Source of the DNA: Alphaproteobacteria bacterium
GTDB lineage: Bacteria; Pseudomonadota; Alphaproteobacteria; UBA8366; G965603855
Assembly: GCA_965603855.1 (NCBI GenBank)
Contig: OZ272519.1
Coordinates: forward strand, 4,379,781-4,443,780
Length of the DNA: 64,000 bases
Reading direction: 5' to 3'
Shown here in pieces: positions 38,146 to 48,374 of this stretch. Below the pieces are notes generated by a model. That model saw only the letters and a list, made by a program, of their open reading frames with translations, did no database searches and was not told the origin of the DNA. The first letter of the stretch is position 1; each line of letters begins with the position of its first letter. The position numbers and the translations under genes are program-made.

Positions 38146-39362
38146 TGGGGGGCCGGGACCGGGTCTTTCAAAAAGCCGTCAGAAAACCTGACGTCGGCGG
38201 CGCCCGCGAAGGCCGCCAGCCGGCCAAGCTCGTCCTCCAGGCCGGCCCGGCGCCGGGCGGTGAGCGAAAGACCGGGCTCCAGCCAAAGGCCCGTCACCCC
38301 AAGCGCGCCGTCCTCGCGGGACCGTTTCATGTCGATCCGGCCGACGAAGCGGTCCTTTTCAATGAGCGGAAAGACGTAATAGCCGAACTGGCGCCGCGGC
38401 TCCGGCACGAACACCTCGATCCGGTAGCGGAAGCCGAACAGACGCTCGGTCCGGCCGCGGTCGCGGATCAGGGGATCGAACGGGCTCAAGACCCGGATCC
38501 CGCCGGGCACCGGCGGCAGGGCGGCGACGCGCGCCTCCAGGTCCGGCGCCGCATAGACCGGCTGCGGCCTTGCCCCGTCCGCCGTTTCCACCTCGGCCCT
38601 GACAACGTCGCGGCCGAGCCGGCTTTCGCACCATGCGGACGCCTCGGCCGCCGACAGCTTGCCCCAGAAGTCGGCGAGCGCGCCCGGCGTGGCGAAACCC
38701 AGCCGGTCGAGCGCGGCGCGACAGGCCCAGTCCACCAGCGCCGGGTCCGTGGGCGGCGGACCCCGGTGTTCGGCCGGGATCACCCGTTCGGTCAGGTCGT
38801 AGACCTTCTGGAAGCCCTCGCGCCGGCAGACGGCGAGCGCACCGGTCCGCCACAGGAACTCCAGCGCCGTCTTCGACGGGTGCCAGTCCCACCAGCCCTG
38901 GGCGTTCTTCTTCTTTCCGTCGCCCAGCTCGCGCGCCATCACCGGTCCGTTGCGGCGCACATGCGCCAGCAGGTCGTCCAAGCCGGCCTCGAAGCCCCCG
39001 CGGCGCCAGGCGCGCCAGCGCTTGAGCAGCGCCTCGCGATGGCGGGCGAACCGGGCCTGCCAGTAGGGATAGAACCGGGTCGGAATGACGGCGGCGTCGT
39101 GGGTCCAGTTCTCGAACAGGCTGCGTTCGCGCTCCAACAGGTGGGCGAGCTGTTCGCGCCGGTAGGTCTGGTTGCGCGCGAACAGGATCATGTGGTGCGC
39201 GCGCTCGACCGTGTTGATGCTGTCCACCTGGACATAGCCGAGCCCTTCGATCAACGCCTGCAGCCCGGCGCGCGTGAGCCGCCGGCGGCGCGGCGCCGCC
39301 AGGCCCTGAGACGCGATCAACAGGCGGCGCGCGTCGCGGTTGGAAATCCACAGGCGGGTCAT
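38142..39362 (-). CDS. YcaQ/AlkZ-like winged-helix DNA glycosylase
   Basis: VQVDSINTVERAH, LFENWTHDA, LSPFDPL, YRIEVFVPEPRRQFGYYV. Confidence 0.92.
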   Translation of the reverse strand: MTRLWISNRDARRLLIASQGLAAPRRRRLTRAGLQALIEGLGYVQVDSINTVERAHHMILFARNQTYRREQLAHLLERERSLFENWTHDAAVIPTRFYPYWQARFARHREALLKRWRAWRRGGFEAGLDDLLAHVRRNGPVMARELGDGKKKNAQGWWDWHPSKTALEFLWRTGALAVCRREGFQKVYDLTERVIPAEHRGPPPTDPALVDWACRAALDRLGFATPGALADFWGKLSAAEASAWCESRLGRDVVRAEVETADGARPQPVYAAPDLEARVAALPPVPGGIRVLSPFDPLIRDRGRTERLFGFRYRIEVFVPEPRRQFGYYVFPLIEKDRFVGRIDMKRSREDGALGVTGLWLEPGLSLTARRRAGLEDELGRLAAFAGAADVRFSDGFLKDPVPAPH

Positions 39363-39438
39363 GGACCGCAGTCTCGCCTGCCCGCTCGCGATACTCAATG
39401 CGCGATAGGCCAGGCCGATCGGGGTAGACTGTCGAAGC

Positions 39439-39765
39439 ATGACCTCGATCCTCGCCTTCGTCGGCGCGGCGGTCGCCGAGATCGCCGGCTGTTTCGCTTT
39501 CTGGGGCTGGGCCCGGCTGGACAAACCGGTCTGGTGGCTGATCCCGGGCGTCGCGTCGCTGGCGCTGTTCGCCTGGGCGCTGACCCATGTGGAAAGCGCC
39601 TATGCCGGCCGCGCGTTCGCGGCCTATGGCGGCGTCTATATCGCCGCCTCGCTCGCCTGGCTGTGGCTGGTGGAAGGCGCCCGGCCCGACCGCTGGGACC
39701 TGATCGGCGCGGCGGTCTGCCTGGGCGGCGCGGCGATCATCCTGTTCGGGCCGAGAGGCGCGTGA
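39439..39765 (+). CDS. ynfA: YnfA family SMR-like membrane protein
   Basis: [30 protein letters not shown]. Confidence 0.92.
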   Translation: MTSILAFVGAAVAEIAGCFAFWGWARLDKPVWWLIPGVASLALFAWALTHVESAYAGRAFAAYGGVYIAASLAWLWLVEGARPDRWDLIGAAVCLGGAAIILFGPRGA

Positions 39766-39850
39766 GTGCTCGGAAACACCGGAACCCCCTCACCCGGCCG
39801 ACTTCATTCTCATAGCAAATCGGAAAGACACAAGGGGGTTCGGGCGTTGC

Positions 39851-40192
39851 CTATTCCAGCACCGACAGGTCGAGCTCCAGCATTCCGCCCATCCAGATGG
39901 CGTGGTCGGTGTGGTCCTTGAGGTCGTCGCCGGTCAGCGCATGGGCGAAGACGATCAGGTCCCGGCGGTTGAGCGCCAGCCAGGAGAACACGGCACCCGC
40001 CTTGTCCGGCGGGAAGGCGAGCTGGCAGCTCCACATGGGATGCGGGCCGACCGGACGTTCGTGCATGCGCCCCATCGCGATGGCGAACCGGTCGCGGGCG
40101 GCCTCGCAGACCGCCCGTGCGCGCTCCACCGTCCCGGCGTCGAAATAGACATGGGCGTGAAAGCCCTTCAGCGTTTCCGTCTCAGGCGGCAT
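39851..40192 (-). CDS. DOPA 4,5-dioxygenase family protein
   Basis: FHAHVYFD, GRMHERPVGPHP, DHTDHAIWMG. Confidence 0.9.
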   Translation of the reverse strand: MPPETETLKGFHAHVYFDAGTVERARAVCEAARDRFAIAMGRMHERPVGPHPMWSCQLAFPPDKAGAVFSWLALNRRDLIVFAHALTGDDLKDHTDHAIWMGGMLELDLSVLE

Positions 40193-41828
40193 CGCCGCCC
40201 TCCGGAAGCACGTAGTCCTTGAACTGCTCCCGCAGTTTCGTCTTCTGCAGCTTTCCGGTCGCGCCGTGCGGCAGCTCGTCCACGAACTCCACCGCATCGG
40301 GCAGCCAGAACCTGGCCACCTTGTCGGAAAGATACGTCCGAAGCTCGTCCGGCGTCACGCTGGCATCCTCGCGCAGGACCGCGACCAGCAAGGGCCGTTC
40401 GCCCCAGCGCGGGTGCGCGATGCCGATCACCGCGGCCTCGGCCAGCGCCGGATGGCCGACGGCGGCGTTCTCCAGGTCGATCGAGCTGATCCATTCGCCG
40501 CCCGACTTGATCATGTCCTTGGTCCGGTCGACGATGGTCATATAGCTGTCCGCGTCGATCGTCGCGACGTCGCCGGTGCGGAACCAGCCGTCGTCGGTGA
40601 GCGCCGCGGCTGTGCCCGCATCGTCCTTGTAATAGCCCGCCGCGACGTAGGGTCCGCGGACCAGGATCTCGCCGCGGGTCTCACCGTCGTGCGGCACCGC
40701 ATTGCCGTCTTCGTCGACCAGTTTCATGTCGACGGAGAAAAGCCGGCGGCCCTGGCGGGTCTTGATATCGACCGCCGCGTCGTCGGACAGCCCGGCCATG
40801 TCGGACCTGAGCTGGCTCACCGTGGCCACGGGGCTGGTCTCGGTCATGCCCCATCCGTGGACGAAGTTGACGCCGTACTTGGTCTCGAAAGCCTCGATCA
40901 TCGAACGCGGCGGCGCGGCGCCGCCGACCACGACGCCTTCCAGTTTGTCGGGCGCGGTACCGCGTTTCTCGAACTCGGCCAACAGGCCGAACCAGATCGT
41001 CGGCACGCCCCAGGCCGAGGTGACGCCCTCGGCCTGCATCAGGTCGAACAGGCTGGCCCCGTCCATGCCCGCGCCGGGGAAAACGAGGTTCGCCCCGACC
41101 AGCGGCCCGGCGTAGGGCAGCCCCCAGGCATTGACGTGGAACAGCGGCACGACCGGCATGATGGTGTCCCGGGGCGTCGCATTGCAGCCGTCCAGCACCG
41201 CCACCGACATGGCGTGCAGCACCGACGAGCGGTGCGAATAAAGAACGCCCTTGGGATGGCCGGTGGTGCCCGAGGTATAGCAAAGCCCGCAGGCGGTGTT
41301 TTCGTCGAACGTGGGCCAGTCGATCCGGTCGGATTCCCCCTCCAGGAAAGCCTCGTAGGAGATCAGACTGGCCAGGTCCGATTCCGGCAGGGCCTCCGCG
41401 TCGGCCAGCGCGACGACCGCCTCCACGGTCTTGAAGTGGCTGCCCAGCTTCTCCGCCAGCGGCAGGAAGGTGAGGTCCATGAACAACAGCCGGTCCTCGG
41501 CATGGTTCAGCACATAGACGATCTGTTCCGGGAACAGGCGCGGGTTGATCGTATGGCAGACCGCGCCGATGCCGGCGACGGCGTAATAGAGCTCGAAATG
41601 CCGGTAGGTGTTCCAGGCGATGGTGGCGACCCGGTCGCCGGGCTTGATCCCGTAGGCGACAAGCGCATTGGCCAGCTTGGCGATGCGGCCCCGCGCCTCG
41701 GCATAGCTGTAGCGGTGGATGTCGCCCTCGACCCGGCGGGACACCACATTGCCGGTTGGATGGACCTCCGCGCCATAGTCGATGAGCTGCGAAACCAACA
41801 AGGGCCGGTCCATCATCAGGCCGCGCAT
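40182..41828 (-). CDS. Long/medium-chain acyl-CoA ligase (DmdB-like)
   Basis: [14 protein letters not shown]-binding motif, [26 protein letters not shown]. Confidence 0.93.
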   Translation of the reverse strand: MRGLMMDRPLLVSQLIDYGAEVHPTGNVVSRRVEGDIHRYSYAEARGRIAKLANALVAYGIKPGDRVATIAWNTYRHFELYYAVAGIGAVCHTINPRLFPEQIVYVLNHAEDRLLFMDLTFLPLAEKLGSHFKTVEAVVALADAEALPESDLASLISYEAFLEGESDRIDWPTFDENTACGLCYTSGTTGHPKGVLYSHRSSVLHAMSVAVLDGCNATPRDTIMPVVPLFHVNAWGLPYAGPLVGANLVFPGAGMDGASLFDLMQAEGVTSAWGVPTIWFGLLAEFEKRGTAPDKLEGVVVGGAAPPRSMIEAFETKYGVNFVHGWGMTETSPVATVSQLRSDMAGLSDDAAVDIKTRQGRRLFSVDMKLVDEDGNAVPHDGETRGEILVRGPYVAAGYYKDDAGTAAALTDDGWFRTGDVATIDADSYMTIVDRTKDMIKSGGEWISSIDLENAAVGHPALAEAAVIGIAHPRWGERPLLVAVLREDASVTPDELRTYLSDKVARFWLPDAVEFVDELPHGATGKLQKTKLREQFKDYVLPEGGDAA

Positions 41829-41980
41829 GGTCCTCTCCTCCCATGAAGCCGTTTTCGTGTCTTTATGGGGGAATTGTCCGCCCGATCGGGCCGCGGGGCA
41901 AGCCGGATGAGGGTCCCGCGCAACAATACGCAAAACCCCTCGCCCGGCCCGGGAGAGGGGGGTTCTGTGAAGCCGCCTAC

Positions 41981-42355
41981 TCAGTTACAGGGAAAGCGGT
42001 CTTTCAGGGTCGCCATGAGGTTTTCGGCGGCGGCCTTGTTGCGGTCTTCGAAATGCTGGTTGTACCAGTACATGAAGGCCCAGCGCACCTCGTCGTCGCG
42101 GTTCTGTTCGGGCAGGCAGATGCCCGCGTCGGGCCCGACCGCACCGGCAAGGACCAGGGCGTCGGTGAAGCCGCGCAGGTACTGCTCGCACTCCGCCTCG
42201 GCCGCCGCGCCCCAGCGCGCGTCATTGTCGGATTCGTTGCACGGGTTGTAGAGCTCGCTGGCCGTGTAGCTGGAGAGCTCCGCCGCGCCGGCCGCCCAAC
42301 AGGTCGCCGACACCGCCAGCACGGCCGACGCAAGGATGCCCAATGGTCTGTTCAT
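41981..42355 (-). CDS. Rap1a/Tai-like secreted four-Cys protein
   Basis: Signal peptide; ELYNPC..., CEQYLRGFTD, ICLP, FPC C-terminus. Confidence 0.75.
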   Translation of the reverse strand: MNRPLGILASAVLAVSATCWAAGAAELSSYTASELYNPCNESDNDARWGAAAEAECEQYLRGFTDALVLAGAVGPDAGICLPEQNRDDEVRWAFMYWYNQHFEDRNKAAAENLMATLKDRFPCN

Positions 42356-42371
42356 GTCTCGCCTCCCGCGC

Positions 42372-44714
42372 TTATTCGCTGCGTTCTCGGGCATAGGCCC
42401 GCAGCGCCCGGTCCATCACCGCACGGTGTTGCTCGTTGCTGACGAACTTGGGCGAGTTCACCTTCGCCCAAAGGGTCGTGTCCGCCATGTTCTGGTGGCA
42501 GCCCATGCACAGCCCGGTGCGTTCGACCTTGGCCCGGACCGCGGCCGGCAACGGACCGGTCAGCGGCCAGTGCGAGCCGATCGAGACCAGTTGCTCGTCG
42601 TCGCGGGTGACGATCTGCGACAGGTCATGGTCCAGCGACGGCACCGGCTGGGACTGGAACTGGGACTGCTCGGGGATGATCTCGCCCATTGCGGTTTCCA
42701 GGTCCACCACGAAGCCGTCTTCGTAGCCGCGCAGGAAGCGGCCGTCCTCGATGCCGTAGCCCAGCGCCTTCGGGTTGTTGTGGCAGCTTTCGCAGGATCG
42801 CGCGTTGCGGCCGGCGGTGTGCGGCTGCACGGCGGCATGGTCCAGACCCTTGCCTTCCGGCGTGTTCCAGGTCTCGTTATGGACGACCGTGTTGCCGTTC
42901 TTGTCGATGACCGTGGTGATCACCTGACAGCCCGGCATCATCGGGCTGACTCGGCCCTCGCCGTTGATGCCGAGGATCGGCGTCTCCCACCGCAGATACG
43001 AGCGGGTCTCGCTGACCTTGCCTGCGCTCTTGATGCCGTTGGTGCCGAGTTCGGCGTCCGCGGTCAGGCCGTTGTCGCCGCGCGAGTTCGCGTTCTCGAT
43101 CCAGTCGACGTCTGTCTTGCCTTCGGAATAGTCGACGGTGACGTGGCAGCCGTAGCATTGCGGCGCCCAGTCGGCGTGGCAGGCGTAGCACTCCATGCTT
43201 TCCATGTGCTTGCCCACGTTGCCCATGGCGACCTGCGCATTGGGCGACTTCCACTCGTTGTCGATCGAAAGCTGTTTCAGCACCGGGACGTCGAAGTCGA
43301 GGCCCGACGCGGAATGCAGGATCACCTTCTTGCCGTCCTTGACGACGTTGCCCAGCGGGTTGCCGCGGGCGCTGATCAGATAGCCGTCCTGCGGATCGTA
43401 CTCGGTCGCGAACACCATGTAGTCGGGCAGCTCGTCGGTCAGGCCGCGCGGCTCGTCGCCGATATCCATCTGGTGTTCTTCGCCATGACCCAGCGGCAGC
43501 TCCCACGGGAACTTGGCGACGGTGCCGTGACAGTCCTCGCACTCGATCTCGACCTGCGCCAGCGTGGTGCCCGGCAGGTTGCCGTCGCCGTGCATGTCGA
43601 TCGAGGTGTGGCAGTCCTGGCACAACAGGCCGCCCTGCGGGTTGCCGGGCCGGCTCTGGACCTGGTGATGCAGGTCGTCCTTGATGAAGAGATAGTTCTT
43701 CGTGTGCAGCTTGGGCTGCTTGCCGCCGGTCGGGCTGTACGGGCTGCCGTAGGGGAATTCCATGATCCCCTGATAGCTGACGCCGATGCGCTTGCCGCGG
43801 TTGTGGCAGGAACTGCAGGATTCGTTCGGGATACCCGAATAGGTCAGCCCGTTGTGCGTCACCTTGGATTTCCGCGTGCCTTGCAGGCGGTGCACCAACA
43901 GCTTGCCCGGCTGTTCCTTGTTGATGGTCGGGTCGCCGCCTTCGTACAGCCCCTCGTTGCTGTAGGGCACGTGGCAGGACGAACAGCCCGCGCCGCGGTA
44001 GTCGCCGCGCTTCTCGCGTCCGTTCACGCCGACGTGGCAGCGCTGGCACTGCTGGCGCGAATAGGTGATGCCCGCAAGGTTCGGATGGCGCGGGATCTCG
44101 TTCACGTCGACTTCCGGAACCTGCTTCATCTGTTCCGGGATCTGGTCGCGGTGTTCTTCGACGAACTTGGTCATGTAGGCCTTGTAGGCATCCGTGCCGA
44201 CCGACGGCTCCGGACCGTCCTCGTCGACCAGGTCGTAGTTGCCCCAGACCACCTTGAAGTCTTTCTGCAGGCCCCAGGACCACAGGTTGCCCTGCAGCTT
44301 GCCGGCCTCGGTGTTCATCAACGACATCTCAAGACGCCGGGAGTAGCCGTCATGGCACTGCCCGCAGGCATTCTGCGAGACGCCGACGGCGCCGGGATCG
44401 GGATAGAAAAGGTGCGGCCCGCCCGCCTCGGTCAGTTCCCCAGGCGCACCGCTGTGCGCCGCGTCCTTGGTGGTCGCGGTGGGATTGCCGCCGTGACAGA
44501 CAACACAGCCGCCGGGATCGTTGAAATCGGCGCCCATCGCCTCGATGGTTTCCTGCATCTCACCGTCGGTGAAACGCTCGATCCCCTCGTGGCAGGACTG
44601 GCATCCCTTGGCGTTCGCCGCCTCGGCCGAAACCGTGTCGAACTGCTGCGCACCGGCCGGTGCCGCCAGGGTGAGTCCGATGATCAGACCTGAGAGAAGC
44701 GCCAGCTTTTTCAC
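42372..44714 (-). CDS. Periplasmic dodecaheme c-type cytochrome
   Basis: Signal peptide after GTG 44714; 12 CxxCH motifs counted (CQSCH, CVVCH, CGQCH, CQRCH, CSSCH x2, CQDCH, CEDCH, CYACH, CYGCH, CESCH, CMGCH). Confidence 0.92.
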   Translation of the reverse strand: MKKLALLSGLIIGLTLAAPAGAQQFDTVSAEAANAKGCQSCHEGIERFTDGEMQETIEAMGADFNDPGGCVVCHGGNPTATTKDAAHSGAPGELTEAGGPHLFYPDPGAVGVSQNACGQCHDGYSRRLEMSLMNTEAGKLQGNLWSWGLQKDFKVVWGNYDLVDEDGPEPSVGTDAYKAYMTKFVEEHRDQIPEQMKQVPEVDVNEIPRHPNLAGITYSRQQCQRCHVGVNGREKRGDYRGAGCSSCHVPYSNEGLYEGGDPTINKEQPGKLLVHRLQGTRKSKVTHNGLTYSGIPNESCSSCHNRGKRIGVSYQGIMEFPYGSPYSPTGGKQPKLHTKNYLFIKDDLHHQVQSRPGNPQGGLLCQDCHTSIDMHGDGNLPGTTLAQVEIECEDCHGTVAKFPWELPLGHGEEHQMDIGDEPRGLTDELPDYMVFATEYDPQDGYLISARGNPLGNVVKDGKKVILHSASGLDFDVPVLKQLSIDNEWKSPNAQVAMGNVGKHMESMECYACHADWAPQCYGCHVTVDYSEGKTDVDWIENANSRGDNGLTADAELGTNGIKSAGKVSETRSYLRWETPILGINGEGRVSPMMPGCQVITTVIDKNGNTVVHNETWNTPEGKGLDHAAVQPHTAGRNARSCESCHNNPKALGYGIEDGRFLRGYEDGFVVDLETAMGEIIPEQSQFQSQPVPSLDHDLSQIVTRDDEQLVSIGSHWPLTGPLPAAVRAKVERTGLCMGCHQNMADTTLWAKVNSPKFVSNEQHRAVMDRALRAYARERSE

Positions 44715-44821
44715 AACGGTCCCCCTTCGTCGCTGTGTCGCGCGGCACCCCCTTGCAGGCGGGACTCGCCGCACTTCTAGTCCATCCGTTCTATATCCTC
44801 CGCCGATTCCAGACCGCACAC

Positions 44822-44904
44822 TCTGACCTGGGTCAGAAAACCCGCAGATTTGCGCGGGAGAAACGTAACTTTGCGGTGCTGGCGTGTGGATTGACGCACG
44901 TCAT
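44822..44904. promoter_or_regulatory. Crp/Fnr-type palindromes in the cytochrome/fnr divergent region
   Basis: TCTGAC-CTGG-GTCAGA (44822-44837) and TTGAC-GCAC-GTCAT (44891-44904). Confidence 0.55.
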
Positions 44905-44972
44905 GGCTCCGTCGCCCGGAATCGCCTCATTTGTGGCGGAAAAGAACAGTTCGTTCGTTGCAGGGAGACCCG

Positions 44973-45803
44973 ATGTCGACGCAGTCACACGATCAGGATC
45001 TGAACGGCACGGTGGATCTGCCGTGCGATACGTGCCGCGTCGAAGCCCGCTGTCGGTTGCCGGACCATCTCGTGGCGCTGGCCGACCTCGGCCCGCACCA
45101 CCCGTTGGACCATCAGAACGTGCCGCGCGGCCATCTGTTGATGCGCGACACGGACGATTCTCACGATTTGTGGATCATCGTTTCCGGCCTTGCGGTGATA
45201 CAATATGTCCTACCCGACGGGCGGCGGCAGATCTTGGATTTCCGTTTTCCAGGCGAGATATTGTGTCCGGGCCTGATCGGCCAACACTCGGAATTGTCGG
45301 CACAAACCGTCTGTCCGACGGAGCTGTGCCACATCAACGGCCGCGACCTGGCGGAGATCGCCGTGCACCGGCCGAAACTGGTGGAGGAACTGTTCGATAT
45401 CGCCTGTGCCCAGATCAAGCGCGCGAACCTGCAGATGCTGCTTCTGGGCCGGCTGACGGTGCCCGAACGCATCGCCACCTTCCTGTTGGAGATGGCCGAG
45501 CGCGCCGGACAGCCACGGCGCGACGGCGTGGAGATCGACCTGCCGATGAACCGGGACGACATCGCCGATTACCTGGGTCTCAACCCCGAGACCGTCAGCC
45601 GATCGCTGACCCGGCTGAAGAAGGCGGGCGTGATCATCCTGCCGCAGCCCGGCCGGGCGGTGCTGTCCGACGCGGAGGCGCTGCAGGGCATGACGCCGTT
45701 CACCGAAGGACACCGGCCATTCGTCGAGAAGAGCGGCATTCACCGGGAAATGGTACAGCCGCGGATGGCGGTCTGCCCTGTCCGTCACGACCATGACGGC
45801 TGA
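44973..45803 (+). CDS. Crp/Fnr family regulator with N-terminal Cys cluster
   Basis: C-x2-C-x5-C N-terminus, DGRRQILDF, recognition helix LGLNPETVSR. Confidence 0.92.
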   Translation: MSTQSHDQDLNGTVDLPCDTCRVEARCRLPDHLVALADLGPHHPLDHQNVPRGHLLMRDTDDSHDLWIIVSGLAVIQYVLPDGRRQILDFRFPGEILCPGLIGQHSELSAQTVCPTELCHINGRDLAEIAVHRPKLVEELFDIACAQIKRANLQMLLLGRLTVPERIATFLLEMAERAGQPRRDGVEIDLPMNRDDIADYLGLNPETVSRSLTRLKKAGVIILPQPGRAVLSDAEALQGMTPFTEGHRPFVEKSGIHREMVQPRMAVCPVRHDHDG

Positions 45804-45821
45804 GACCGCGGAACCTCGCTC

Positions 45822-47822
45822 GTGATCGCTGAAATCGGACATTTCGCCCTGATGCTCGCGCTTGCGGTCGCGCTCGTCCAGATGAGCGTGCCCATGATCG
45901 GTGCCCAGACCGGCCGGGCCGGCTGGATGGCGACCGCGACGCCGGCCGCACAGCTACAGTTCGTGCTGATCGCGATTTCGTTCGCCGCGCTGACGCGGGC
46001 CTACGTGGTTTCGGACTTTTCGCTGATCAACGTCGCGGAGAACTCCCACTCGGCAAAGCCGATGCTCTACAAGATCACCGGCGTCTGGGCGAACCACGAA
46101 GGCTCGATGCTGTTGTGGGTCCTGATCCTGGCGCTGTTCGGCATGCTGGTCGCCAGTTTCGGCCGCAACCTGCCGCCGCGGCTGAAGGCGCGTGTGCTGG
46201 GCGTTCAGGGCATGATCGGCGTCAGCTTCATCTTGTTTATCCTGGCGACGTCGAATCCCTTTACCCGCATACCCTTTCCGCCGATGGACGGCCGCGGCAT
46301 GAACCCGCTGTTGCAGGACCCGGGCGTCGCCTTCCACCCGCCGTTCCTCTACATGGGCTATGTGGGCCTGTCGGTGTCGTTCTCCTTTGCGGTCGCCGCC
46401 CTGATCGAAGGCCGGCTCGACGCCGCCTGGGCGCGCTGGGTCCGGCCCTGGACCCTGCTTGCCTGGAGCACGCTGACCATGGGCATCGCCATGGGAAGCT
46501 GGTGGGCCTATTACGAGCTCGGCTGGGGCGGCTGGTGGTTCTGGGACCCGGTCGAGAACGCGTCTTTCATGCCGTGGCTGCTGGCGACCGCGCTGTTGCA
46601 CTCGGCGATCGTCGTCGAAAAGCGCGACACCTTGAAGAAATGGACCGTTCTCCTGGCGATCCTGGCCTTTTCGCTCAGCCTCGTCGGCACGTTCCTGGTC
46701 CGCTCGGGCGTGTTGAGCTCGGTGCACGCCTTCGCCACGGATCCCGCCCGCGGCGTCTTCATTCTGGCGATCCTGGCGATCGCCATCGGCGGCTCGCTGG
46801 TGCTTTATGCCTGGCGGGCGCCTGCCTTGCAGGCCGGCGGCCTGTTCGCGCCGGTCTCGCGCGAAGGCGGCCTGTTGTTGAACAACCTCTTGATGGCGAC
46901 CTCCTGCGCCACCGTCCTTCTGGGCACGCTCTATCCCCTGGGCATCGACGTGCTCGGCGGCGGCAAGGTTTCGGTCGGACCGCCCTACTTCAACGCCACC
47001 TTCGTGCCGCTGATGGTGCCGATGATCGTCGCCATGGGCGTCGGACCGCTGTTGCCCTGGAAGCGCGGCGACCTGGCGGGTGCGATGCAGCGGCTGCGCT
47101 GGGCGCTGGCTGCGGCGCTTGCGGCGGTCGCGTTCACGCTGTGGGTCCGCTGGGGCGGGCCGGTCCTGGCGGCGTTGGGCATGGGGCTTGCGGCGTGGCT
47201 GGGCATGGCGACGCTGGTGGAACTTGCCGAGCGCATCAAGCTGTTCCGGGCGCCGGCGGGCGAATCGCTGCGCCGGGCGCGCCATCTGCCCCGCGCGGCC
47301 TACGGCATGACGCTGGCGCATCTGGGGCTTGCCGTCACGATCGCCGGCATCACCGGGATCTCCGCCTGGAAGACCGAATCGATCCAGGCGCTGTCGCCGG
47401 GTGAGGCAGCAGAGGTGGACGGATACTCCTTCGAGCTGGTCGATGTTCAGGACATGCCCGGTCCCAACTACCAGACCCGGATCGCCACCGTACGGGTCAG
47501 CCGCGACGGCGAACCGGTCGCGGTCCTGTTCCCCGAGAAACGCTGGTACCCGGTCCAGCGCCAGGACACCACCGAGGCGGCCATCCATTCCAGCGGCATG
47601 GGCGACGTCTATGCGGCGATCGGCGATCCCAGCGGCGACGGGCGCTGGGTCACGCGTTTCTATTCGAACCCGACGGTGCCCTGGATCTGGCTCGGGTCCC
47701 TGATCATGGTGCTTGGCGGGCTGGTTTCGCTCACCGACCGGCGCCTGCGCGTCGGCGCGCCCAAGCGTAAGACCGCGCGCGTTACGCATCAGACCGCAGC
47801 GGCCGGCGGCGTCGGCGACTAG
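45822..47822 (+). CDS. ccmF: Cytochrome c heme lyase
   Basis: WANHEGSMLLW, HPPFLYMG, WGGWWFWDPVEN (WWD motif), SVHAFA. Confidence 0.97.
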   Translation: MIAEIGHFALMLALAVALVQMSVPMIGAQTGRAGWMATATPAAQLQFVLIAISFAALTRAYVVSDFSLINVAENSHSAKPMLYKITGVWANHEGSMLLWVLILALFGMLVASFGRNLPPRLKARVLGVQGMIGVSFILFILATSNPFTRIPFPPMDGRGMNPLLQDPGVAFHPPFLYMGYVGLSVSFSFAVAALIEGRLDAAWARWVRPWTLLAWSTLTMGIAMGSWWAYYELGWGGWWFWDPVENASFMPWLLATALLHSAIVVEKRDTLKKWTVLLAILAFSLSLVGTFLVRSGVLSSVHAFATDPARGVFILAILAIAIGGSLVLYAWRAPALQAGGLFAPVSREGGLLLNNLLMATSCATVLLGTLYPLGIDVLGGGKVSVGPPYFNATFVPLMVPMIVAMGVGPLLPWKRGDLAGAMQRLRWALAAALAAVAFTLWVRWGGPVLAALGMGLAAWLGMATLVELAERIKLFRAPAGESLRRARHLPRAAYGMTLAHLGLAVTIAGITGISAWKTESIQALSPGEAAEVDGYSFELVDVQDMPGPNYQTRIATVRVSRDGEPVAVLFPEKRWYPVQRQDTTEAAIHSSGMGDVYAAIGDPSGDGRWVTRFYSNPTVPWIWLGSLIMVLGGLVSLTDRRLRVGAPKRKTARVTHQTAAAGGVGD

Positions 47823-47838
47823 GGATGGAGTTCGGGTG

Positions 47839-48372
47839 ATGCAGCAGCGTCTGGTAGTGCTGGTCCCTGTGGTCGTGTTCCTGGCCATGGCCGCGGTGTT
47901 TTTCCTGGGCCTGGGGCGCGACCCGAAGATCGTGCCGTCGGCGCTGATCGACCAGCCGGTGCCGATTTTCGAACTGCCCACCATCGACGGGGCGGCAACG
48001 GGCCTCGCCAGCGCGGACCTGACCGGTGCCGTGACCGTGGTCAACGTGTTCGCGTCCTGGTGCATTCCCTGCAGGGCCGAGCACGGCCTTTGGATGGACG
48101 TTGCCGAGCAGGGCGACGTTCGGCTGATCGGCATCAACTACAAGGACGAGGCGGGCGCGGCGGCGCGCTGGCTCGAGGAACTTGGCGATCCCTACGAGCG
48201 CATCGGCGCCGACCGGGACGGCCGGGTCGGGATCGACTGGGGCGTCTACGGCGTGCCGGAGACCTTCATCGTCGATCGGACCGGTCGCATCCGCTACAAG
48301 CATGTCGGCCCGGTCAGCGAGGAAACCTGGCGCGAGGTCATCCAGCCGACCATCGCAAGCCTCAGTTCCTGA
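47839..48372 (+). CDS. ccmG: Periplasmic thiol:disulfide oxidoreductase
   Basis: NVFASWCIPC, GVYGVPETF. Confidence 0.95.
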   Translation: MQQRLVVLVPVVVFLAMAAVFFLGLGRDPKIVPSALIDQPVPIFELPTIDGAATGLASADLTGAVTVVNVFASWCIPCRAEHGLWMDVAEQGDVRLIGINYKDEAGAAARWLEELGDPYERIGADRDGRVGIDWGVYGVPETFIVDRTGRIRYKHVGPVSEETWREVIQPTIASLSS

Positions 48373-48374
48373 TC

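Noticed and set aside
41981-42355. Part of a type VI secretion effector-immunity pair
   Set aside because: No amidase effector, VgrG, PAAR or other T6SS gene in the window.
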